A stretch of DNA of 43,407 nucleotides, filler included, from Jimgerdemannia flammicorona (lineage: Eukaryota), in the NCBI GenBank assembly GCA_003990765.1. It is 2 parts of 2 records of this genome, joined end to end, with 100 filler letters (N's around TTAATTAATTAA, not from the genome) between each part and the next. Parts side by side here need not be neighbours in the genome. Positions count along the whole stretch, not along the records: positions 21,755 to 43,407 come from RBNJ01001413.1; 1 more part is not named here. One strand, written 5' to 3'. Shown here one piece after another: positions 24,553 through 34,099 of the stretch (position 1 is the first letter of the stretch; every line of letters begins with the position of its first letter). The position numbers were made by a program, and so were the translations under genes. Under the pieces are notes generated by a model that made no database searches, was not told the origin of the DNA, and saw only the letters and a list, made by a program, of their open reading frames with translations.

Positions 24553-24852
24553 TTATTTCGGAACATTCCGCTGCACCCCGTAGATTTTGTCCGCCTTCAC
24601 CGTCACCCCGGTAAAATTGACCATCACCCTCCTCAGCGCCCCGGGCTGTTCCTTGGCCTGCACGTCCTCATGTTGCTTCGCCAGCAAGTGCGTCACGTCC
24701 TGCAGAATTTGGTATGCCGTCAACGCCTGCGCCTGCGCCTCTTTCGGATCGGAGGTTGTGTCGAGGATGCGCCCGTCGTTGGCATCAGCGACAAAGGAGG
24801 AAATGTGTCCCGGCAGTGCGGCGAGAGCTTCGAAGCTGGGGTCATGGGACAT
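24553..24852 (-). CDS. LAMTOR4: Roadblock-fold protein, probable Ragulator subunit LAMTOR4 homolog (99 aa)
   Basis: LAALPGHISSFV..DGRIL and LRRVMVNF..VTVKADKIYGVQR resemble the LAMTOR4 pattern (LxxIPxxxGYLV...G.VL; FKRLSVxF..VTV...VFVVKR). The size fits and the sequence is CpG-rich with no stops. Confidence 0.7.
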   Translation of the reverse strand: MSHDPSFEALAALPGHISSFVADANDGRILDTTSDPKEAQAQALTAYQILQDVTHLLAKQHEDVQAKEQPGALRRVMVNFTGVTVKADKIYGVQRNVPK

Positions 24853-24894
24853 TTCGAATGCGATTCACCTAGGCGTGGGAGGGAAGAGGGACTT

Positions 24895-26200
24895 GTATAC
24901 CAACCTCCCCCATGCTGACCTCTCTATGTTCCTCCATGCCGACCTCCCCCATGCTGACCTCTCTATGTTTCTCTATGCTAATCTCCCCCATGCTGACCTC
25001 CCCCATGCCAACCTCCCCCACACTGACCTCCCTCATGCCAACCTCTCCACTGATCTCTCCACTGGCACCGACTCCTCCACCAGTACCAACCTCTCCCACC
25101 TCTCCATCTCCTCCACCACCATCCCCTCAACAAAATGCACAAGCTTGCCATCCATCAGTTACATATGAAGTGTTTTGTCATTCTTCACTGGTACTCATTC
25201 AAATATAGCCAGCAGTTTTTCATATTCATCCATGATGACAATTCTATCTGGACAACCTTGCTTATTCCACACTTTGGCATTCACCTTGAAGCCAGTATGG
25301 TATGATAAACATTCTATGATTTTCACATGGTTTTCTATCGCTCTTATGACTTCTTGCCTCAGTTGGTCATTATGTACTTTCTTAATACATTTGTTAGCTG
25401 CAGCAAAAGTATGCCAAATATCTGATTTGTAAGGCCTTTTCTCCATGAGATTTGGGGTATCCAGGAAATTGGTTTGGCAATGCTTCCAGGTGGTGCTTGG
25501 GCAAAATTGATGGCAAAAATGACAATTATAGCAAGATTTGTGCTCCAGCCCAGACTTAGAAGCTGGAGGATATATATATTTCGAATGTGATTAGGAAAAA
25601 AATTCAGACATTGATTTAAAAAGAAAAAAAAAAAAAAAACTAACTTTTTCAAGCTATGTTATTGAGATCTGGTGGGGGACCTTGTGCTTGCAGACCAGTG
25701 GCAAGCTGGTGGTCAAGCTGGAGATTGGGGAGCTGAGGGTCAGCAAGCTGGTAGTTGGCAAGCTCAGTAACCTGGGTGTCAGCAAGCTTGGTAGGCTGGG
25801 TGTCAGCAAGCTCAGCAGGCTGGGTGTCAGCAAGCTCAGCAGGCTGGGTGTCAGCAAGCTCAGCAGGCTGGGTGTCAGCAAGCTGGGCATCTTTAGGGCA
25901 CTGAGCTTTGGGACAGCGAGCTGAAGTATATCAAGCTTGAGGGGGGCCAAGTAAATACTTATTGGCCAGGCAGTCATATCTATATTTTCTCAATATAGTA
26001 GTGAATTAAGTGAGGTGAAGCAAAGGATGAGGTGAAGTGAAGGATGAGACAAAAAGAATAAGAGGCAATAGTAAGCTTTCGATATCTTAAATATTCAAAA
26101 GCTATAATATTTTTCAGAAGCTCTTTCAGAATCTCTTTGAAATCTCTTTTGGAATCTCTTCGAAATCTCTTTTGAAACCCATTTCTAAATTGCATATTGT
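24895..26200 (-). repeat. CpG-depleted, repeat-rich segment with a degenerate minus-strand ORF (15-bp repeats 24900-25045, 24-bp repeats 25772-25885, 12-bp repeats 26110-26175)
   Basis: Units CATGCTGACCTCCCC, GCTGGGTGTCAGCAAGCTCAGCAG and GAATCTCTTTCA-like are visible. ORF pieces 25977-25654 and 25446-25195. Confidence 0.6.
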
Positions 26201-26287
26201 TTACAATCTAAGGAATGAGGATGAGGGAGGTGGAGGAATATGTGAGGGTTGTGTAAGAGGAGTGGAACATAAGAGGAGTGGAATGCA

Positions 26288-26710
26288 AGAGGAGTGAAAT
26301 ACAGTGAGGAAAGCTCTGGATTGCAAGCATAAGTATAAGCATAAGTACAAGTACAAGCTTTGCTCTGCTCAGCTGATAGCTGATATTACATAATATCAGC
26401 TTATTATCAGCTTGTTAGACTGAGTGGAGCAAAGCTTATACTTATACTTATGTTTGCAATCCAGAGCTTTCCTCACTGCATTCCACTCCTCTCTACATAA
26501 TTTAGTGGATTCTATGTAAGCCCCAATTGAGCAAGATTTGCAAGTGAGATTTGTATAAGCCAGGCTTTGCAAGCCTTGTGCTTGCAAGCTCAGCTGATAG
26601 CTGATATCATGTGATATCAGCTTATATATACATCATTTCAGCTTGTGACTAAGCTTGTCCAGACTTACAAGTACAAAGCTTATAAAGCCTGGCTTATACA
26701 AATCTCACTT
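26288..26710. repeat. Two adjacent long inverted repeats (26288-26492 and 26542-26710) sharing a palindromic core
   Basis: The arms pair by eye. Cores are GCTGATATTA-CA-TAATATCAGC (26379-26400) and GCTGATATCA-TG-TGATATCAGC (26600-26621). Confidence 0.85.
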
Positions 26711-27223
26711 TAATCTTATATGCAAATCTCACTTTAATCTTGCTTACAAATCTTGCTTTAATCTTGCTTGCAAATCTTGCTCAAACCTCACTACAAATCT
26801 CACTCAAATATATTACCAACCTCACTCAAATGTTATTGCAAACCTTGCTCAATCAGGACTTATACAAAATACACTGAATCTCCAAAGTATGTTTGCTGTT
26901 TACAGTTGCATAATGGGTACCAGTTCACCATCCATGCATATTTATTCATCCATCCTCTGTCCACAATCAATTATTGGCTATTACATGCCACCTTGCTGCT
27001 CTCTCTCTCGCTGCCCCCCAGCTTACTGACTCCTGTTCCAGGCCCCACAGTTCCTGGCTTTTCCTGCCACTTGCTGCCTCCCCCCAACTCTCTGCCCCCT
27101 AGTTCACTGCCCCTCCAGCTCATTTCCCAGTTCACCACTCCCCAGCTCACCACTTCCTAGCCACTTTCCAGCTCTTGGTCTCCCACTTAAGCTCCCAGTC
27201 CCTATTATCATCAAACATTTGAA

Positions 27224-29563
27224 ATGTCTAAAGATCAAGAAGTACATTTAGGAGAAATCTTGGAACCATTGAATGATATATCAGAGGATATATTGGAGAA
27301 TATATCAGATATCTCTACTAGTTTGTTATTACCAATAAGCATGAGAATAAAAATAAAAACAAAACCTGGTGATAGCTGGGTGTGGAATCATACCACAAAG
27401 GTAGTTTTATACATTGTGCTAATAGTTGTATTCATAGGGGTGATTGGTCTCATCAGTTGTAAGGGTGGGTGGTTGGTTGTAAGTGGTTGAGGTTCTAATA
27501 TAGTCTCATATCTCTCTAATCAAATGAAATTTACAAAGTAAGCTCATCAGTTGCAACCATTGTATGACTTAGAGCTATATATCGAAGAACAGTAATATCA
27601 ACAATCTTAAATGACATCTATGGAAGCATCACAATACCATGCTCTTATCTCTCCAACATGCTGAGAATCTTTGCTGGTCTAAAAAAGATAATATTGTGAG
27701 TATGGATAGAATGGAATTCAGGAAGTACTTAGGAGATTATTAGAAAAATAATTCATCAAATTTTATTATTACAAATAGGAACACACTAGCAAGACTTTAA
27801 GTAATGAAAATTTCCATCAGTTAATTGCCAACTTCATTATCACTAGATATCAGCTATTCTCCACTATCAAAAATGCTGGCTTCAAGTATCTCCTTCACAT
27901 ATTATGCCCTGATCTGGCCCTTTCATCAGCTGATATGATTTCATGAGTTATTCAAAAGGAATTCAAACTATTGCAGACTCAAGTAAAAGTAAGACTAGCA
28001 GGGCTTAAGTCAAAGATATCACTTATACTTGATTGTTGGATATCAGATGTTAATATCAAGGCCTTCCTTGGAATAACAGCCTATTGGATTGATAGTAATT
28101 GGAAGATGCATGATATTATCTTAGACTTTGTGAATATCAGCAAAATAACACACATGGGTACCAATCTTGCAAAAAGTCTGAAGCTGGTAATAGATAATTT
28201 ATTGCCTAGTGATAATCAAATTATTGCTATTGTGTGTGACAATACCAGTAACAACAATACTCTGTTTAAGAATCTCCATTATTTGCTCACTTATGTATGC
28301 TGTTTCAGATATATGTTAAATCTCATCATTTATGATACTCTTAGTTCTCTTAGCAAGCCTATTGAAAAGCTACAAGAGTTGATAAAGAAGATCAAAAATT
28401 CAGCACAACAACAAGCACAACTAGTGAAGGTCTGTGAATCCTCTGAAATTCCCATTTTGAAGCCTCTCTTAGATATTATGATGAATGGAGTTCTACATAT
28501 GAAATGTTAGCACATGCTCTGGAGATTTGTAAGATAAGATTTTGAATTTATTTGTATAGATTTTGAAATATGATTCAGAAGTATTTTGGTACTAAATAAA
28601 TTAATATTATATTCAAATAGGGCTTGGATATATTGTGTGCCATAGATAAGCAAATGAGTGATATATGTATCTGAAGATATATAGCAACAATTTGAATTGA
28701 TTTGCTGATTTCTCAAGCCTTTTGCCAAAGTGACAACCATGATGTCAGCTTCAAAGTATCCTATAATAGCAGCTGTTATCTCACTATTTAATCAGCTATG
28801 TAATCACCTCAAAGATGTTATTGATATATATCAAACTGGTAAACATTTTAATCAGGTATATATATGATTTTGAAAGTAATTTTATTTATGAATTTAGGAA
28901 CTAATTTAGTAAGTAATTGGGAAGTAATATGTGTATATATATTTCTATTTATTTTTTATTTTTTATAGATAATGCTTACTGTTGCTAAGAATATACATAC
29001 AGAACTTCTAAAGTATTACTGCAAGATGACACCATTATACAGCATAGCTTTGGCCTTAGATTCATGCATCAATATATATTATTTCTATTGTGAGCAATGG
29101 AAAAAATCCTTAATTGATGAATGGAAGAATCAGATGGAATGTATCTGGGAAAAGGAGTATAAGCCTGTTAATGCTGTCATTATACTCTCAATATCTTGTA
29201 ATGCCATGATTTTATCAACTCAATATATGAGAAGAAACAGCATATCAATGTGGATGATAAGCTTGAATAGTGGGGATTGTTTTTATGTTTTTTAGTTAGC
29301 TTGGTTAATTTTCACTTATATTTCTCTATTTCAGTTATTTGTCAGAGAATCTAGCTGATCGTCATATAGATATACTGGATTGGTGGCAGCAAAATCAGTC
29401 AGTATATCTTAATCTTTCTCAAATGACTTGCAATTATCTTGCTATTTTGGTGACATCTGTTCTATCTGAATGTATTTTTTCTATTACTGGTGAGCTGGTG
29501 ACTGAATGTCAAAACAGCTTGTGTGTAAATATAATTCGTACATGCATATATTTGGATTCTTAG
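27224..29563 (+). pseudogene. hAT-superfamily transposase pseudogene, probably intron-containing
   Basis: BED-like SWVWNH, LILDCW, FLGITAYWID, VCDNTSNN, degenerate CxxH (CFRY), and the hAT dimerisation domain DILDWW...YLAILVTSVLSECIFS. Confidence 0.9.
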
Positions 29564-29635
29564 TAGTCTTTAGATATTTTTCACTTCCAATTGCTCTGAA
29601 TATTATCCAAATATTATCTAAATCATTTTTTCAGG

Positions 29636-30011
29636 GCAGAGTTCATAGGGTTGGATTCAGGGTCAGATTCAGGAGTCAGGTTCAGGGCCAGGTTCAGGGG
29701 TCAGATTCAGGTTTAGGTTAAGGGTAAATAACAGGTCAGGTGATATATATTTCCAGGTCAGATTAAAGATGGATTATGTTTAATTCTGGGTCAGGTTAAA
29801 GATGGATAATATATCTTTCCAGGTCAGGTTAAAGACAGGTGACATACAATTCTGGGTCAGGTTAAAGATGAGTGATATATAATTCTGGATCAGATTAAAG
29901 ATGAGTGATATATAATTCCAGGTTAGGTTAAAGATGGGTGACATCTAATTCCGAGTTGGCTGTTTTATAGGTTGGGTTTTGGATTAATTGGGTCAGATTT
30001 ATGGAGCACTA
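29636..30011 (+). repeat. hAT right subterminal repeats (12-bp and ~33-bp units) and probable right TIR ending GGAGCACTA at 30011
   Basis: About six copies of GTCAGGTTAAAGATGGGTGATATATAATTC-like units at 29755-29952. The terminus reads TAGTGCTCC on minus, resembling the MITE TIR at 30379/30750. Confidence 0.7.
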
Positions 30012-30046
30012 TTGCTAACTATAGATTGCTAACTATAGTAAGTATT

Positions 30047-30115
30047 CCTTAAGAGTACAGTATACCTTGAGGGCACAGTGTACCTTGAGAGTATAGTGTA
30101 CCTGGAGAGTACAGG
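30047..30115. repeat. 18-bp tandem repeat, about 4 copies
   Basis: Unit CCTTGAGAGTACAGTGTA with transition variants. Confidence 0.75.
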
Positions 30116-30249
30116 TAAATATACTGTTTCTAGTATCTCTGGCTAAATATATAGATTGGCACAGTAAAGCAGTCTTGGTTACTTAGTGTACTAGATATAG
30201 TATATGACTAATTTATTATTTCAGCAGTATAATTCTATTGCTCATTATA

Positions 30250-30925
30250 CTATAGACTTACTAGTTCTCTGATCTCTTTACTTTAAACTATTTTGATCTA
30301 AGATTTTATTTGCTCTAAATACTAAAAGTATTTATAAGTTTGCTAGCTATAAGATAGCTAAGTTTAAAACTTCTTTTATAGTACTCTCAAATAAATCAAA
30401 TCAACTTAAATCAAATTAAATTAAGAGTCATTCAAATTGAATCAAATTGGGGATTTTTCAATTTAAATAAAGTTTGAATCAAATTAAATTAAGAGTCTGA
30501 TTCTAATACTATTTTTCAAAATATAATAACTCAATGAAAATATGTTCAAATTTAATAAGCTTTAGCTTGTTATATTCCTCTTATATAGAGGAATTTAACA
30601 AGCTAAAGAATATTAATTTTGGATATATTTTCATCAAGATATTACATTTCAAAAAATAGAGTTTAAATTGAATCTTAAATCAAATTATACCTTTGATTCA
30701 ATTTAAATTGAATTGAATTAAACCTTTGATTTGATTTATTGGGAGTATTATTCTTTTATCTTATAACTATAAGATTTTTCTATAATTATAAGATTTTTAT
30801 ATAAATATAAGATTTTTTACATCTATAAGATTAGGTGACTGCTAACTATAGATACCATAATCAAATATCTATTTTTTGATTCTTATTCCTAATTTGGATC
30901 AACTATTATAATATTTAAAAAGTTA
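30250..30925 (-). mobile_element. Decayed solo LTR (limits approximate), interrupted by a MITE
   Basis: 30255-30365 and 30850-30915 are reverse complements of 34335-34450 and 34105-34170. Carries the GCTAGCAAACTT-ATAAATA...AATAAA LTR core. Confidence 0.65.
30379..30750. mobile_element. Foldback non-autonomous hAT element (MITE), 372 bp
   Basis: TIRs TAGTACTCTCAAATAAATCAAATCAA / TTGATTTGATTTATTGGGAGTATTA, perfect 8-bp TSD TTCTTTTA (30371-30378 and 30751-30758), and a ~150-bp internal palindrome centred near 30584. Confidence 0.85.
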
Positions 30926-31660
30926 TAACTTTAATAATATAGAAATTTTAGCTATAAATAAGTAATATAGAAGATATATAAAAATTAGCTATATACTTAG
31001 TTACTATATAGTATAATAAGCTTATATAAATAATCTCAGAAATAAATTTTAGATTAAAATACTTTAGGAAAATATAAGTATTTTTAATAATAAATTTCAA
31101 ATATATCTTTTTTATATTTCAGCCTCACCTGTAACTAACTCTGGGAGTTAAAAAGATAAAAATTCAAGACCAAGAAATCTTATATACTTTCTAGATTAAA
31201 TATTATCTATATTATAATAGAAATATTTTTATTATATTATTATATTATAAAGTTTAAATAAAATTTAAATTAATTTAGATCTCAACTTAATTTAAATTTG
31301 ATTCAATTTATTTGAATATTATATTTTAGTAACTTTTTCATACTCTGAGTATTTTGTGAGAAATAAATTAATTGATATATTGGCCTTATTTGGAATATAA
31401 AGTTGAAAATTATAGATGAGCCTAGGAGTTATTATTATGATAAGGAGAGAAGAATTATATACAGTAATCTTAGCCATAATGATAGATGATCAATGAAGTT
31501 AATTGAGTGATGAGTGTCATATTTATTTAGTTTCAAAACTCATTTGTGTAACATAGGATGTGGTGTTTTCGTGAGCTAGGACATGTTGATTTCGTGACCA
31601 ATTTCAATATTTCTAACCTTGGACATGGTGATTTTGTGTTAGACCATGAGCAAATGGGAT

Positions 31661-31753
31661 GTGTCGCGAGATCATGTCTGGAGATCGTGTCATGAGATCA
31701 TATCACGAGAAGGTCGCGAGTGATTTCATGACACGAGATCGTGTCGCAAGATG
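31661..31753. repeat. Degenerate 13-bp tandem repeat (GTGTCGCGAGATC)
   Basis: About 6-7 units differing mostly by CpG transitions. Confidence 0.7.
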
Positions 31754-32166
31754 CATCTTAATATAATATATCACAGATCACATAATGTTGTGCCAGTATT
31801 TAATCATAATTATGTATTTTAAAAACTTTACTTTTTTTTTTTTTTTAACGGACTCTAAGTCCCGCGGATTTTTATTGGAAGGGAACCTTTATTTCGTGGA
31901 CATGTGCATTGTTAGCAACCGGAAATGGAGGTGACCCGTCTCGTCGGGAAGTGACCGTCTCACTGAGTATCGAAATGTGTTTGTTACACTATACTGAATT
32001 GCGGCAGCTGAAAGGGGTTTCAGAGCGTGCTACCAGCCTTACCACTTTGCAGCAGCAATAATGGCGTGTGTCATGCGGGACACCCGGTCCTGTTGGTTGG
32101 GGCAAATTCGGCGCCAAACAAAAATCTACGAAATTCAACTCTGCTCATTCCAATTCCATCGCAACC

Positions 32167-33291
32167 ATGATATTCGGCTGTTTCGACTGCGAGCGCCTAT
32201 CCAAACGGGGGCTCTGCCAGCCACCCCACCACCCTCTGAAACGGAGACTTATCCTCGTACTCTGCAAGAAGGCCTTGAAAGCCCTCGACGGTCCAGATCC
32301 AAGATATAAATTCGAATTCCTGAGCGACGATTTCGAGTTCAATATGCAAGAAGCGCAAGACGTTTACGCAGCAACGTTATGCAGGTTCGCTCATGAAGCG
32401 GGATGCGAGCCTTACACCAACAATCGTTCGTTCTCATGGAAGCCTGAAGATGCCAAGAACGCTCTCGTTGCAGTTGGGAGAATCCAAAAATGGTGGTTCG
32501 CCGAAATCATCATGCAGTTCGCTGATATACTCGAGCACCGCCACCATAAAACGCTTCGCGACATGGAAGAATATCTCAGCGAGAAGGATGAATTTGAGCA
32601 AAGAGATAAAAAGGAAAAGGAAATGCAACGTGCTCTCGTCAAAGCCGTGAAAGAGCAAACGCAACTTCCGGGGTTTCATTACCTGTACGACTTCGAGTGG
32701 CCTGTGAACCGATATCACAGCAAGGGCCGGGGCGACCTCGTTTTTGCCTCGGCAACTGGGATTTTCGCCGTCGTTGAGACGAAATATATAGACAGCAACA
32801 AATCGGCGCGGACACAGAACGTGAGGAGCGACTTCGTTATCAAACAGGCCGATTCCTACCGCGAGGAGTTTATGCACATGCATCCCGAGGCGATAGCTGT
32901 CGTGGCACTCGTATGCGTCAACAATGGCCGGAAGACCGACGACCTACAAGTTATTCCTGTGGGGGGAGCCTATCGAGTGATCATGGAAGCTGTCCCGGAA
33001 ATTGATTCGGAAAAGGTTGATGAATGTCGGAGACGCGCAAGTGAAAACTATAAAATTAGTTTGGAAGACTGTCATATCGAACATGACCACTATACTCAAA
33101 AACAGACCGTGATCCAGCCTGACACACTACTGGTAATAAGGAGCAAAGAGAATGATTTCAGTCCAGAGAGCGATGCTCCTCAAGTACAGGCGGCACCGCA
33201 AGTCGTCAAGGGGAGTATCGTCGTGACAATATTTAAAAAAGCATTAAATATATTAAGGCACCGCAAGTCGTCTCGGGGAACATTGCCGTGA
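32167..33291 (+). CDS. Intronless PD-(D/E)XK (restriction endonuclease-like) nuclease domain protein, 374 aa from the first ATG
   Basis: EKEMQRAL helix, YDFEW, GRGDLVF, AVVETK and KQADSY (QxxxY) occur in canonical order. The frame is uninterrupted and CpG-rich. The ORF-track start at 32068 is a GTG. Confidence 0.8.
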   Translation: MIFGCFDCERLSKRGLCQPPHHPLKRRLILVLCKKALKALDGPDPRYKFEFLSDDFEFNMQEAQDVYAATLCRFAHEAGCEPYTNNRSFSWKPEDAKNALVAVGRIQKWWFAEIIMQFADILEHRHHKTLRDMEEYLSEKDEFEQRDKKEKEMQRALVKAVKEQTQLPGFHYLYDFEWPVNRYHSKGRGDLVFASATGIFAVVETKYIDSNKSARTQNVRSDFVIKQADSYREEFMHMHPEAIAVVALVCVNNGRKTDDLQVIPVGGAYRVIMEAVPEIDSEKVDECRRRASENYKISLEDCHIEHDHYTQKQTVIQPDTLLVIRSKENDFSPESDAPQVQAAPQVVKGSIVVTIFKKALNILRHRKSSRGTLP

Positions 33292-34099
33292 CAATATTTT
33301 AAAAACGATATATCCCTTTGTTCACAGTCACATGAATTCATAGTTTAGCATATACTTTAGCACTTTTTCTTGAAAATTCTATCAATTTCTGTAACATTCC
33401 ACCACCTTCCAAAAAATTTGTCAGCAATATATCTTAGCTAGAACATATTTGTCATTCTGTAGAAACTTTAGAACTTGGTAGAAATGTCTCAGTATCTATT
33501 TTTCAAAACTTCTCTTTGAAATATCTGTTTTTTTTTTAGTTCAATCATTCTTAGTCATTCTGACTCATTGTTCTCTGATATTCTTTAACAACTTATATAA
33601 ATATTCTCTCTTTTTTCTAACTTATTTTCTCTCAGAAAACTATAAAAAAATACTTGAATATTTAAAAGTATCTCTTTGAGATATTTGGTCTTAATCAGAA
33701 TATTCTAGAAGCAATTACTTTCTCTTAAAGATACTAGAATCATTTTACTTAGAAATACATAATAGATAAGTTATATTTATCTAAAAAAAAACTTTTTTTA
33801 TTTTAAAATACAATTTATATAATTTATATTATCTGGTAACTTTAGAAAATATAACTAACAAATAAGTTTATAAGAGTATAGCTTAATATACTGAAGAAAT
33901 CTAAAGATCAAATATATATTAAATACTAAAAGTATTTTAGTATTATAAAGTTATAAATAATTCTTTATATAGTTTGACTTATCTTTAATATATAGCTTAG
34001 TTAAGATTGTACTTTATTTAGAAGCTCAGTCAAAGTATAGTTCTCTTATAACAAATATTATTTTTCTTATAAATAAGTTAATATATATATTTTAAGATT

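Noticed and set aside
26503..26530. Candidate hAT left end TAGTGGATTC...CCCAATT
   Set aside because: Only a weak match to the right TIR, and the flanking 8-mers (ACATAATT vs TTGCTAAC) do not form a TSD.
29755..29952. Regular ~33-bp repeats resembling a CRISPR array
   Set aside because: The units are contiguous with no unique spacers, the context is eukaryotic and there are no cas genes. They are hAT subterminal repeats.
32410..32525. Faint RNase III-like pattern in the nuclease N-terminal half (YTNNRSF...KNALVAVGRIQKWWFAEII)
   Set aside because: No catalytic E/D signature, and the resemblance is too weak without a profile search.
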